Assembly (NCBI GenBank): GCA_041396965.1 | Contig: JAWKXN010000001.1 | Location: forward strand, 1,897,679 to 1,961,678 | Reading direction: 5' to 3' | DNA: 64,000 bases | Source: Rickettsiales bacterium | GTDB lineage: Bacteria; Pseudomonadota; Alphaproteobacteria; Rickettsiales; SXRF01 | Shown here: positions 1 through 9,779 of the stretch, piece by piece | Layout: each line of letters begins with the position of its first letter | Numbering within the stretch: the stretch's first letter is position 1 | Notes under the pieces: model-generated | Database searches by the model: none | What the model was told of the DNA's origin: nothing | The model's input: only the letters and a program-made list of their open reading frames with translations | Made by a program: the position numbers and the translations under genes

Positions 1-326
1 AGGTAATACGCCGCTATAGCAGCCTAAGAGGCAAGAAGGAACTGGCATTTGACAAGCTGCCGATGCTGGTGCGGTTTAGAGATATTAACGATCCGAAAAC
101 GGTGGAGCTTGTTGACCCGAACGATTTAGCGGCGAGTTTTGGCGAGGGTGTTAAGCTTAAATCCGCTAGCATTGAGATAACTGATGACGCCGTGACCACA
201 GGAGTGGAGAAGTATTTACCTTCATTTGGAAAAGAAACTGGTTATTTAGAATGGTTTAGAAGTTTACCTTACGGTGATAGTCGTAAGATTGGTCCATATG
301 ACTTTAAGAAAGGGACAAAAAAATGA
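1..326 (+). CDS. 3' end of a putative immunity-type protein (5' end upstream of window); paralog of 1405..2100
   Basis: Frame is open from the window edge. The last 87 aa (MLVRFRDINDPKTVELV...) align with the C-terminus of ORF 1405..2100 (MLVRFRDINDSTTVERV...). Its stop overlaps the next start (ATGA at 323). Confidence 0.5.
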   Translation, partial: VIRRYSSLRGKKELAFDKLPMLVRFRDINDPKTVELVDPNDLAASFGEGVKLKSASIEITDDAVTTGVEKYLPSFGKETGYLEWFRSLPYGDSRKIGPYDFKKGTKK

Positions 327-1414
327 CAATAAGTAATAAATTATTCAATGCTATATTAGCGATGGACTCCTATAATCGTGGTTACGATGAAGGTATTAAG
401 TTAACTGGAACTAAAGTTGGCAATGCTACGATAACGAAAGATTCAGAAGATCTTGGATTTGTTTCTGGCACTCAAGATAGGCTGGATCAAGCAGCCGGCT
501 TTTACGCTGTGGCATACACCATGCCATCCGGCAAGAAGATCATTTCTTATCGTGGCACGGACGGCAACCCTCTGGATATTGCCACCGGCTGGGTGATCGG
601 AGGTGGCTTGCTTGGCACACCTTATAACCAATCCCAGCTTGCCGTTGAGTTTTTTAACGCGGTAGCAGGCAGTGAAGATCCATATACCGCCAATATGTTC
701 ACCACCGGTCACTCTCTCGGTGGTGGGCTTGCCGGATTAGTCGCCGCCGCTTATGGTCAGCCCGCTGATATTTTTGATAATATGCCGTTTGAGTTTGCTG
801 TTTCTACCCTTATTCCTTTATTATTCGCTAGCGGTTATCCTCTTCCTGATTATTCAGCAATAACCGGCTACGCGACCACCGGCGAAGCGTTAGAATCTAT
901 CCGACTCCTGCAATCCACCCCCGTAACCGAATATAATTCATATAACAACTCGCTCGGTTCCATTGATTTACACAGCCAATCATTGCTGGTTACTCTGATG
1001 TACGGAGCTGAGAATAATCACACTGATTGGCAGGTATTTGGCGAAGAGTTCATAAATTCATTGTTTGATAATAATATCGCCCTTGCCGCCGGAGCGAACT
1101 CAATAGAAGGTACCAGAAAAGAGAAAAGTGATTTTTCAGAAATAATGAGGTCCGCCATCGCCTATAGCGTTATAGACGAAGGGACACGGGTGTTTGGCGA
1201 TACCGCTATTCGCGCTCTGTTTGATGACGCGAACGAGCTGGGCAAGGTGCTGAAGGCGGATGACCACTCAACAACTCTTAAGGATTTATCGGGTTACATC
1301 TCCGACATATTCACCCAATATGCTGGACAGTTGGCTCTGGGTAAGATATTGCAATCCACAAACCCTACCGCCGCCAACGATAATTATGAACCAAACATAA
1401 AGGTATGCGCATGA
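323..1414 (+). CDS. Orphan toxin module 1: class-3-lipase-like alpha/beta hydrolase, truncated before any RTX repeats
   Basis: N-terminus MTISNKLFNAILAMDSYNRGY and the GHSLGGGLAG nucleophile elbow are paralogous to 2103..4487. Near-identical DNA to 2985..3195 runs up to GKILQS, then a degenerate ANDNY cap and stop. Confidence 0.6.
   Translation: MTISNKLFNAILAMDSYNRGYDEGIKLTGTKVGNATITKDSEDLGFVSGTQDRLDQAAGFYAVAYTMPSGKKIISYRGTDGNPLDIATGWVIGGGLLGTPYNQSQLAVEFFNAVAGSEDPYTANMFTTGHSLGGGLAGLVAAAYGQPADIFDNMPFEFAVSTLIPLLFASGYPLPDYSAITGYATTGEALESIRLLQSTPVTEYNSYNNSLGSIDLHSQSLLVTLMYGAENNHTDWQVFGEEFINSLFDNNIALAAGANSIEGTRKEKSDFSEIMRSAIAYSVIDEGTRVFGDTAIRALFDDANELGKVLKADDHSTTLKDLSGYISDIFTQYAGQLALGKILQSTNPTAANDNYEPNIKVCA
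1373..1414 (+). repeat. Degenerate copy of the ANDNY cap element
   Basis: gccaacgataattat encodes ANDNY in frame, and the rest has diverged (EPNIKVCA*). It overlaps the start of the next small ORF. Confidence 0.45.
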
Positions 1415-2100
1415 AGAAGTTTTTAATTATCATTAGCATTGTGATACTATGCCTGTATGGAACTTATCATGCAGTTTTACCATCATCAACGGTTCGTTAT
1501 AAGCTAACCTTAAATATTGATGATAACGGCAAGCTAGTTACAGGTTATAGTGTTGTAGAAGTTTATAGGCAGGATACAACAAGAGTTTTTGGCTCTTCGT
1601 TGGGTGGCTATGGTGCCCATATTAAAGGTGAAGCGGTAGCTGTTGATTTAGGAGATAAAGGTGTGTTATTCGCCTTGCTAAAAGGTGACTCTGTTCGTAA
1701 TCCTGATAGCTATAGTAACAGTGAGCCACCATATATTATTGTTCATGCGTTTAAGTCATATTTTGAGAATAATGGTTCTATCATTGATAATATGAACAAA
1801 CTAAAACAAGACAAACCGAAAACTAGATTATCTAATAAACTCATACCTATGCTTGTAAGGTTTCGTGATATTAATGATTCCACAACGGTAGAGCGCGTTA
1901 ATCCCAATAATTTAGAAAAAGCTTTTGGTAAGGGAGTAAGGTTGGTTTCAGCAAAGCTAGAGATTACTAATGAGTCGGTTACTAGGAAGATTGAAAATGT
2001 TTTGCCGGTCTGGAATGGTAAGAAATTTTCTGAATGGAGAAAAAAAATACCGTATGGAAATTCTTTGGCTATTGATAGAATAGATTTTGAAAGGAAATAA
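1405..2100 (+). CDS. Putative immunity protein for the lipase-like module (N-terminal signal/anchor)
   Basis: Hydrophobic N-terminus (KKFLIIISIVILCLYG). The stop lies 2 nt before the ATG of 2103. A paralog sits in front of the other lipase-like gene. Confidence 0.45.
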   Translation: MRMKKFLIIISIVILCLYGTYHAVLPSSTVRYKLTLNIDDNGKLVTGYSVVEVYRQDTTRVFGSSLGGYGAHIKGEAVAVDLGDKGVLFALLKGDSVRNPDSYSNSEPPYIIVHAFKSYFENNGSIIDNMNKLKQDKPKTRLSNKLIPMLVRFRDINDSTTVERVNPNNLEKAFGKGVRLVSAKLEITNESVTRKIENVLPVWNGKKFSEWRKKIPYGNSLAIDRIDFERK

Positions 2101-2102
2101 AA

Positions 2103-4487
2103 ATGACAATAAGCAACGAACTATTTAACGCTATTTTATCTTTAGACTCCTACAATCGTGGTTACGGTACAGGAATTAATTTAACTGGCACCAAAATTGG
2201 TAATATAACTCTAGTTAGAGATTCATCCATATTACTTGGCTTAGACGGCACAACACGTTTAGATATAGACGCTGGTTTTTATGCTTCCGCCTATCAAACA
2301 AGCTCTGGTGATATTATTATTTCCTATCGTGGCACAAATGCCGAAACCGCCGCTAATTTTTTAACTGATGCAATCAATGGCTACATATTAGGTGGTGGCA
2401 TACCGGGTGATGATCAATCTGTTCTTGCTGTTCGCTTTTATAATGAGATTAAAAATCAATATCCAAACGCTAATATAAGTCTAACAGGACACTCTCTCGG
2501 CGGTGGACTAGCCGGTTATGTAGGCGGACTATACGGTAAGTCAGTTAATTTGTTTGATAACATGACATATGAAACAAGTACCATCAATGCCTATGCTAAA
2601 TCAGTTAACGCTTACATTGATCCAACTAGCGAGTATGGAGACACAAACTTATTGGCAGCTATTTATGGAAACAATCAACCTTGGGATCCAGTCTTTAGTG
2701 GCAAAGCCTTTTATTTGGAAGGTGAATTATTAGAAACTTTGTTACCTTTAAGATCTGGTCAAACTCTAACACCAGAAAAACTTGATATAACTAGCACACG
2801 TGGCGCAGTTGATTTACATAGTATCGCATTGCTCGCCTCATTGATATATGCAAAGGATAACAGCTTCATCGATTGGAAAAGCATAGGTTCTCCATTTATA
2901 GATTCTTTGTTTGATAATGAGATTGCTGGAGCTTTAGGTTTACAAGCTAATGTTAATGGATTTTACGACGCTGCGCAAAAGATGCTTTCAGCCATCGCCT
3001 ATAGCGTTATAGACGAAGGGACACGGGTGTTTGGTGATACCGCTATTCGCGCCCTGTTTAATGACGCGAACGAGCTGGGCAAGGTGTTAAAGGCTGATGA
3101 CCACTCAACAACTCTTGAGGATTTATCCGGTTATATATCCGACATATTCACCCAATATGCTGGTCAGCTTGCTTTGGGTAAGATATTGCAATCAGCGGCA
3201 TCTGTTGTGCTCGACGGAGTGCTAACATTATCAGCCGATGAGAAACTGCTTACGGTTAGTTTCAACCAAGCATTATGGCCAACTGTTAGCGGCGCTCCTG
3301 ACCAAATAGTCGGCAAAGACCGATTGCTAGACGCTCTTGCCATACCCGTATTAAAATATGTTAAGGGCGAAGGATTCTCGGCTTTACCTGGTGTTCGTGA
3401 CGCTATGAAATGGCTGTGGGATGATGAGACTGGTAGCAAGATAGATAATATAAAACTCGCCACCAAACAAAACGCTGATAACATCACCCTTGACGCGCGA
3501 GTCATAGCATCCGACAATGTCGCTCTATATGTTGATAGTGGCAATGGCAATCACGTCACCGGCTCCGCTGATAATGAGTTTATTTATGGCGGCAAGGGTG
3601 ATGATAATCTTAAGGGTGGCGGCGGCGATGATTTGCTTATCGGTGGCGCGGGAAATGACCGCATGTCTGGTGGCACAGGTAAGGATTATTATATTGGCGG
3701 TGATGGCACCGACATAGTATATTACAGCGGCAGCGCGCCACTTAACATTAATATCCAAGCCGCTGATTCCGGCAAGGTTCTAGATATTACCGCCGCCGGT
3801 GAGACCGACCGCGCGGTTCGGGTAGAAGTAATAGAAGCCGGAGTGGGAGGCGACACCATCACCCTGTCTAAGACCATTCAGCATCTTGGCGCGATAATGA
3901 TTGATGGTAACGCCGGAGTTGACACTCTTAATTATGAAAATGGTGGTAACGGTGTCGCAACTAAAATAGAAGAGATATTATCCACCTACGCCGGAGCTGA
4001 TTGGAATGGTAAAAAAGATTATATCGGCAGTATAGAAAAAATCAACTTCACCAGCCAGAATGATAAGGTAGATATTAGATTACTTGCCAACACCAAAGTA
4101 CAAGAAATCCACACCGGAGCGGGTAACGACACTGTGACAATCACCGGCTCGGCGACTGCCTTTAAGCCGGTTATCTACCTAGAAGATGGCAATGACGTGT
4201 TAGTCTCCGCGCCGAGGGGTAGTATTGTTTATGGTGGCGCGGGCGAGAATCATTACGAGGCGGGAATGGATTATATAATCGCCGATGCCGATGCTGATGA
4301 CCATATATATTATGGTGCCCGCCCGATATATGGTGGCGTGAGCTTCAACACCCAAGAATCACCATGGGCAAAGGGGATTTATGGCGAAATCATTCCCGCA
4401 CCCGCCCGTGGATCTGGAGCTGCTTGCCGCAACCCAGCCAACGATAATTACGTTGACATAAGCGTTAACACTGCTATTGCTAGTTAA
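2103..4487 (+). CDS. Orphan toxin module 2: class-3-lipase-like domain + RTX repeats + backbone, truncated and ANDNY-capped
   Basis: YRGT...GHSLGGGLAG lipase motif. GGxGxD nonapeptides are present (GGKGDDNLKGGGGDDLLIGGAGNDRMSGGTGKD). Backbone runs to ESPWAKGIYG, then IIPAPARGSGAACRNP-ANDNYVDISVNTAIAS*. No C-terminal secretion domain. Confidence 0.7.
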   Translation: MTISNELFNAILSLDSYNRGYGTGINLTGTKIGNITLVRDSSILLGLDGTTRLDIDAGFYASAYQTSSGDIIISYRGTNAETAANFLTDAINGYILGGGIPGDDQSVLAVRFYNEIKNQYPNANISLTGHSLGGGLAGYVGGLYGKSVNLFDNMTYETSTINAYAKSVNAYIDPTSEYGDTNLLAAIYGNNQPWDPVFSGKAFYLEGELLETLLPLRSGQTLTPEKLDITSTRGAVDLHSIALLASLIYAKDNSFIDWKSIGSPFIDSLFDNEIAGALGLQANVNGFYDAAQKMLSAIAYSVIDEGTRVFGDTAIRALFNDANELGKVLKADDHSTTLEDLSGYISDIFTQYAGQLALGKILQSAASVVLDGVLTLSADEKLLTVSFNQALWPTVSGAPDQIVGKDRLLDALAIPVLKYVKGEGFSALPGVRDAMKWLWDDETGSKIDNIKLATKQNADNITLDARVIASDNVALYVDSGNGNHVTGSADNEFIYGGKGDDNLKGGGGDDLLIGGAGNDRMSGGTGKDYYIGGDGTDIVYYSGSAPLNINIQAADSGKVLDITAAGETDRAVRVEVIEAGVGGDTITLSKTIQHLGAIMIDGNAGVDTLNYENGGNGVATKIEEILSTYAGADWNGKKDYIGSIEKINFTSQNDKVDIRLLANTKVQEIHTGAGNDTVTITGSATAFKPVIYLEDGNDVLVSAPRGSIVYGGAGENHYEAGMDYIIADADADDHIYYGARPIYGGVSFNTQESPWAKGIYGEIIPAPARGSGAACRNPANDNYVDISVNTAIAS

Positions 4488-4517
4488 TAAATTATTTACT
4501 CTGGGGTGTGTGGGTAG
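4437..4517 (+). repeat. ANDNY cap element, long form (tag-like codons + TAATAA + spacer)
   Basis: gccaacgataattacgttgacataagcgttaacactgctattgctagttaataaattatttactctgg... is conserved with copies at 7190, 12637 and 15583. Confidence 0.85.
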
Positions 4518-4544
4518 ATTATATAGAATATATAAGGTTTAGAT

Positions 4545-5102
4545 ATGTTGTATAAATATATAAAAAAAATATCCTTAGTTATTGTTTGTTACTTTATGGT
4601 TTCACAATCTATAGCCGCAGAGATAAGCAAGTCAGATGGCATAGAGATTTTTTCTCAAACAGAAAAGGATAGCGAAATAATACACAAAATAAAAAAACAA
4701 TTATCTATAGGAATAGATGATAAACTGCTTGCTCATCTAATTGATAAGAACAATACTAGTTACTACATAGTTGATGCACCACACTTAGTGAGACATGGTA
4801 TTGGCTATAGGAAATTAATCTTGTACAGATACTACGATAATCAATCCCAGAAATTATGGTCTTTAGAATTATCTTTTGATGCCGAATCTGGAGGATGTGG
4901 TAGCATTAGTAGAGCGAAAGCTATAGGAATTCAGACTGGTCTGCTAGGATATAATATGAAATCATTTTCCCCGCAAGATTACAATGTAAAAACTGGTACC
5001 GTTCAAATAAAACTAAATATCATGGACTGTGAGACAAGAAAAGATAAAGAAAGTCAGATTCTATTTGAAATAGGGAATAATTTTATAACTATCATAGAGT
5101 AA
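4545..5102 (+). CDS. Putative periplasmic immunity protein (signal peptide)
   Basis: Signal-like N-terminus ...VCYFMVSQSIAAE. It sits immediately upstream of toxin module 3, in the same position as the other small ORFs in the array. Confidence 0.45.
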   Translation: MLYKYIKKISLVIVCYFMVSQSIAAEISKSDGIEIFSQTEKDSEIIHKIKKQLSIGIDDKLLAHLIDKNNTSYYIVDAPHLVRHGIGYRKLILYRYYDNQSQKLWSLELSFDAESGGCGSISRAKAIGIQTGLLGYNMKSFSPQDYNVKTGTVQIKLNIMDCETRKDKESQILFEIGNNFITIIE

Positions 5103-5125
5103 ATTAGCTAATGGAGACTAAATAA

Positions 5126-7240
5126 ATGGTGTCAGTAACAGATAATTGGATTGGAATCACTAAAATTATTGGTGTGGTTTTAGCAAAAAATGAAGTTGGT
5201 AACGATTCAATTAATAATGAAGAACCTTACAAGCTATCTTATGCTGGCGGAAACAGCGGGTATAGTTTTGGCTGGAATCAACTTGATCTATCAAAAAATT
5301 CAAAGGCTATTGATCACCTCACTAATATATTAACCAATGCTATAGATCCTAATACTGGAAATCTAGTAGTAGATGATATTAACACGTTCCTTGCTAATTA
5401 CAGAAATGCGTTAATTACACATGGAATCCTTCCAAATTCTGTTATTACCCAAATAGAATTGGCACTGAGTAGTGCATATGGCAAGACATACCTTGCCAGT
5501 TTATTTGAACAGACAACATTGGAGAATATTAATTATGTACTTTCTGAGTTATACAAAGCTGGAGAGAAATATGTTTCTGCTGCTTTAGAAGATCCAAAAA
5601 TACTTATACAACTTACTGATTATCATAATCAGTTCAATATAAGTATTGGTGGAAAAATGGAGCAGTTTCTGCAAGGTAAATCTGTCACACTTACTGGAGG
5701 TACGGTACAAATATCTGGTGATTTAGATATAGATGATATTAGAAATTTTATAACTAGTACAGAATGGGCTACTAGTGGTCATATGGATGATATAAACCGC
5801 CGTTTTGGGAATATAGATGACACAGTGACACAAAATATCCCTATTGATTTAGTGGACAAGACGATAGGCGGAAGTAATAGTAGCTTTAATTTACTTGGAG
5901 CTGTTGGTTCAGCCAATATTACTTTTGGTGGATCAGGTAATGATAAATTATATGGTAGTTATCAAAGTGATGTGCTTTCTGGGGGTTCTGGAAATGATGA
6001 GTTAAGTGGTAATGATGGTGATGATCGTTTATTTGGTCATAGCGGCAATGATTTGCTGATCGGCGGCAAAGGCAATGATATTTTAGACGGCGGTGAAGAT
6101 GCCAGTAAACTAGATATTGATACAATTAGCTACGAAGACAGACTATTTGGTGTTGATGTAAAAATCACAGAACGAGGTGATAACGAAGTTGTTAACCCAT
6201 CGCTTATAATTAGCCGTGAAAATGATATAATATTAAACATAGAAAAAATCAACTTCACCAGCCAGAATGACACTGTGGAAATCAGGTTACTAGCGAGTAC
6301 ACAACTACAAGAAATCCACACCGGAGCGGGTGACGACACTGTGACAATCACCGGCTCGGCGACTGCCTTTAAGCCGGTTATCTACCTAGAGGACGGCAAT
6401 GACGTGTTAGTCTCCGCGCCGAGGGGTAGTATCGTCTATGGTGGCGCGGGCGAGAATCATTACGAGGCGGGAATGGATTATATAATCGCCGATGCCGATG
6501 CTGATGACCATATATATTATGGTGCCCGCCCGATACATGGCGGCGTGAGCTTCAACACCCAAGAATCCCCATGGGCGAAGGGGTTATATGGCGTGCGCTA
6601 CGGCAGGAACGAGGATGACGAGCTGGTTATCGTAACTCCTGACGGCAGACAAACATTCATCGCCAACTTCAACTTTGACCTAGCGGGCGAGCGCACCGCT
6701 GGCTTGCTGGTTGGTGAGGGAACGCTGGAGTTTCACCGCCTGTTGGAATCACCGAAAGGCTTTAATCTTTACGGCACGTTTGAGACGATATTCGGCTATT
6801 ACATGAAGGCGATATTCGGCATCTCGTTCTTTCCGGGCATTGACCCGCTGATACTGGATATGGATGGTGACGGGGTGGAACTGAATGCCCGTCTTGGTGT
6901 CTCCCCTTTTTATGATATTGACGCTGACGGCTTCGCCGAGCAAACGGGCTGGGCACGGGGCGATGACGCTTTCCTCGTGCGTGACCTCAACGCTAACGGG
7001 ATTATTGATGATGTCTCGGAAATGTTCGGCGATGTCACCACCTCCGGCTTTGACGCGCTTAGAGTGCTAGATAGTAATAATGACGGGGTGATTAACGCCG
7101 CTGATAATGAGTTCTCCACCCTGCTATTATGGCAAGACGTAAATGAGAATACGCTAACCGACGCCGGTGAGCTGACAAGCCTTAATGCTGCCAACGACAA
7201 TTACGTTGACATAAGCGTTAACATTGCTATTGCTAGTTAA
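5126..7240 (+). CDS. Orphan toxin module 3: unknown N-terminal domain (weak lysozyme/SLT-like motif) + RTX + backbone with most of the Asp-Pro self-processing module, ANDNY-capped
   Basis: The N-terminal ~250 aa are unique (EEPYKLSYAGGNSGYSFGWNQLDL). RTX repeats present (GGSGNDKLYG...GGKGNDILDGG). Backbone includes GIDPLILDMDGDGVELN and ends at TSLNA-ANDNYVDISVNIAIAS*. Confidence 0.65.
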   Translation: MVSVTDNWIGITKIIGVVLAKNEVGNDSINNEEPYKLSYAGGNSGYSFGWNQLDLSKNSKAIDHLTNILTNAIDPNTGNLVVDDINTFLANYRNALITHGILPNSVITQIELALSSAYGKTYLASLFEQTTLENINYVLSELYKAGEKYVSAALEDPKILIQLTDYHNQFNISIGGKMEQFLQGKSVTLTGGTVQISGDLDIDDIRNFITSTEWATSGHMDDINRRFGNIDDTVTQNIPIDLVDKTIGGSNSSFNLLGAVGSANITFGGSGNDKLYGSYQSDVLSGGSGNDELSGNDGDDRLFGHSGNDLLIGGKGNDILDGGEDASKLDIDTISYEDRLFGVDVKITERGDNEVVNPSLIISRENDIILNIEKINFTSQNDTVEIRLLASTQLQEIHTGAGDDTVTITGSATAFKPVIYLEDGNDVLVSAPRGSIVYGGAGENHYEAGMDYIIADADADDHIYYGARPIHGGVSFNTQESPWAKGLYGVRYGRNEDDELVIVTPDGRQTFIANFNFDLAGERTAGLLVGEGTLEFHRLLESPKGFNLYGTFETIFGYYMKAIFGISFFPGIDPLILDMDGDGVELNARLGVSPFYDIDADGFAEQTGWARGDDAFLVRDLNANGIIDDVSEMFGDVTTSGFDALRVLDSNNDGVINAADNEFSTLLLWQDVNENTLTDAGELTSLNAANDNYVDISVNIAIAS

Positions 7241-7275
7241 GGAATTATTTACTCTGGAGTATATGGGTTGTGATG
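7190..7275 (+). repeat. ANDNY cap element, long form
   Basis: 86-nt copy with a single TAA followed by ggaattatttactctggagtatatgggttgtgatg. Confidence 0.85.
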
Positions 7276-7307
7276 AGGAAAGTAACAAAAAGAAAGTTAT
7301 AGCACAC

Positions 7308-8282
7308 ATGAAAAAAACGTTTTTTATTTTCGTAGCAATAAATATTTTTTTAGGGCTGTGTTTTTTATCCTTTCAAACATTTGCTAATAAAGTCACGGTC
7401 AGACAACTATTTATTGAGTATTATAATCCTATCAACAGAGAATATTATACGCTTCGGCAAGGATCACCTCAGTTGAAGGAAGAGCCATATAATTATATTT
7501 TGACATCGCTCAAAACTCAGTTAGTTGCTATAGATCAGGAAACAGTTGAGTATGATAATGACCAAGCAGATTATCATGTAATATTTATAGATATACCTTA
7601 TACCTATCAAAAGGAATTTAGAAATAGAAAATTTGAAGTTCCAAATATAGATCCTCCGCTTCCAAAAAATAAATATAAAGATGATAAGAATATAACATCA
7701 TACAGGTTTGTGTCTCCATGGGTACGTGGAACTATTTACATTAAGGGTAAAAAACCGATAGGTGGAACTATTATATTCCCTATCTCTAATATGCTTCGTA
7801 TGAAAGAGTTATATTATGCTTCTCATGGCGATTGGAATAAATTCTCTAAAGGTAATCCAACTAATCTAGATGATGTAACAATGTCTTATGAGAATATTTA
7901 TCAACCAGCACTAGAGAAATACATAAGAATATTCTTAGACAGCTCTAGCGGACGTCCTACAGAGGAGCAAATTGATAAAGTATTCTCTCCTGATGGTATA
8001 CAGACATTATTTTGGGCAAGAATAGCAAGATTAGCTCCTCAAACTACAATAGTTAGATTTACTGGTGGAGGGAAGATAGTAGAGTGTTTAAGAAGATCTA
8101 AGGTTTATTATATTAACATTTATAAATATATATTAGAAGAAATATTAAAAAAAAGTATTACTGAAACTGATAATAATATTATATACAGTATAACCCCACC
8201 TGTAGAATTATTGAAGTCTATACATAACTCCAGTGGTGATTACAATTGCTTTTCAAAATACATTAAGGAGACCTCAAAATGA
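7308..8282 (+). CDS. Putative immunity protein (signal peptide), ~324 aa
   Basis: I prefer the internal start MKKTFFIFVAINIFLGLCFLSFQTFA over the track start at 7224, which reads through the cap repeat. Its stop overlaps the ATG of 8279 (ATGA). Confidence 0.45.
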   Translation: MKKTFFIFVAINIFLGLCFLSFQTFANKVTVRQLFIEYYNPINREYYTLRQGSPQLKEEPYNYILTSLKTQLVAIDQETVEYDNDQADYHVIFIDIPYTYQKEFRNRKFEVPNIDPPLPKNKYKDDKNITSYRFVSPWVRGTIYIKGKKPIGGTIIFPISNMLRMKELYYASHGDWNKFSKGNPTNLDDVTMSYENIYQPALEKYIRIFLDSSSGRPTEEQIDKVFSPDGIQTLFWARIARLAPQTTIVRFTGGGKIVECLRRSKVYYINIYKYILEEILKKSITETDNNIIYSITPPVELLKSIHNSSGDYNCFSKYIKETSK

Positions 8283-9775
8283 CGATTCAAACTTTGTTAA
8301 GCAATATAATTTTTAATGGGTTTTCTTCAATAGATGAAGCGAAGGTACGCCTTGCTATAACAGATTTATATAATGTTTCAACAACTGCACGTACTATGCT
8401 AGATAAAGTGACCCCTCAACAGCAACTGACAATTAATTTTTTGTCTGGTCATTTTCAAGCACATGGAGCCGGAGCATATCAATTAGAAATTGACCCTAAT
8501 TATAACGATAAATTATTCTTCGTCACTCCAACAGGTAAAGCTATACAATACCCTCTTTCTGTTAACATAGCTCACGAGCTTGAACATGCAATAAACGGCA
8601 CCCTTGAAAACCCTAGAACAGACATTAACTTAGCTGGACCAACAGTAATTGCCACTAATGTTATTCATGACGAAATGGGAATAGCACGCAGGTTAACTTA
8701 TGAAGGAGCGGCAGATATAACAGATACCTCAGTTCAAATCAATAAGGATTATACAAATGGAACCGTGATTGATGTAGCTATAGTCATGCTAACAAGTGAA
8801 GGAACTACAAATTATGATGTTATTTCAGCTAATCATATTACAGATAGTAGAGATTTAATAATAGGTAACAATAGTACTAATTTCATATATACTGGTGATG
8901 GTGATGATTTTATATACGGTTACGGTGGAAATGATAACTTAGAAGGAGGAAATGGAAATGATTTTCTCGACGGTGGAGATGGTATAGACACGGCTGAATA
9001 TGATGGGAGTGTTGTAAGTATAGAAATAAGAGTATCATCCCCTAACTCAAGTAATCTTGGTACTATAGAGATAGATGCTGGTTCTGGGAATATTGATCAT
9101 ATAAAAAATATAGAAAGAATTAACTTGAGTGCCTTAGACAATACTATAACTGTCACTCGTAGTTCCAATATACACTATCCAAACAATATCATGATTGATG
9201 GCGGAGCTGGTGAAGACACATTGATATACGCTGGTGCAAGCGTCATAACAGCCATAAAGGAAATATCTTCTGTTAGTGAATCTGATTCACAAAATAAATT
9301 TAGAATGGAGCTTATAGGCAATATAGAAAATATTAAAGGGACATCTGGTAATGATACGTTAGGAATAGTTCTCCTGCCCACCACCAAAGTACAGAAAATC
9401 CACGCCGGTGACGGAGATGATGAGGTATCGGTGGTTGGTTCACTGGTTGCTTTCAAGCCGACGATATATCTTGAGAATGGTGATGATACTCTGGTCGCCG
9501 CTCCTCGTGGGAGTATCGTCTACGGCGGCGCAGGCGCTGACAAGTTTGAACTTGGCAGTGACTATCTGATAGCCGATGCTGACACCAGCGACACCATCAC
9601 TTACGGCGGCAGAACAATCCATGGTGGTATCAACTTCAACACCCAAGAATCCCCATGGGCGAAGGGGATTTATGGTAGTATTATTCCCGCACCCGCCCGT
9701 GGATCCGCTGCTGCAAACGATAACCCAGCCAACGACAATTACATTGACATAAATATTTATGCTAAGGTGGGTTGA
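8279..9775 (+). CDS. Orphan toxin module 4: HExxH metallopeptidase-like N-terminal domain + RTX + backbone, capped with the short ANDNY variant
   Basis: NIAHELEHAING contains HExxH. RTX repeats present (GDGDDFIYGYGGNDNLEGGNGNDFLDGGDGID). Backbone runs to ESPWAKGIYG, then SIIPAPARGSAAANDNP-ANDNYIDINIYAKVG*. Confidence 0.6.
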   Translation: MTIQTLLSNIIFNGFSSIDEAKVRLAITDLYNVSTTARTMLDKVTPQQQLTINFLSGHFQAHGAGAYQLEIDPNYNDKLFFVTPTGKAIQYPLSVNIAHELEHAINGTLENPRTDINLAGPTVIATNVIHDEMGIARRLTYEGAADITDTSVQINKDYTNGTVIDVAIVMLTSEGTTNYDVISANHITDSRDLIIGNNSTNFIYTGDGDDFIYGYGGNDNLEGGNGNDFLDGGDGIDTAEYDGSVVSIEIRVSSPNSSNLGTIEIDAGSGNIDHIKNIERINLSALDNTITVTRSSNIHYPNNIMIDGGAGEDTLIYAGASVITAIKEISSVSESDSQNKFRMELIGNIENIKGTSGNDTLGIVLLPTTKVQKIHAGDGDDEVSVVGSLVAFKPTIYLENGDDTLVAAPRGSIVYGGAGADKFELGSDYLIADADTSDTITYGGRTIHGGINFNTQESPWAKGIYGSIIPAPARGSAAANDNPANDNYIDINIYAKVG

Positions 9776-9779
9776 GATG
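9728..9779 (+). repeat. ANDNY cap element, short form
   Basis: gccaacgacaattacattgacataaatatttatgctaaggtgggttgagatg. It shares both ends with the long form and matches the minus-strand copy at 54190..54240. Confidence 0.8.

Noticed and set aside
3517-3758. Short ORFs overlapping RTX repeats of module 2 (3517..3717 +, 3525..3758 -)
   Set aside because: They are off-frame or antisense readings of GGxGxD-coding DNA within a well-supported gene.
7224-7307. Track start codons at 7224 and 9759 for the small ORFs
   Set aside because: These starts lie within the preceding toxin ORF or the cap repeat. Downstream ATGs (7308 and 9777) give proper signal or TM N-termini.
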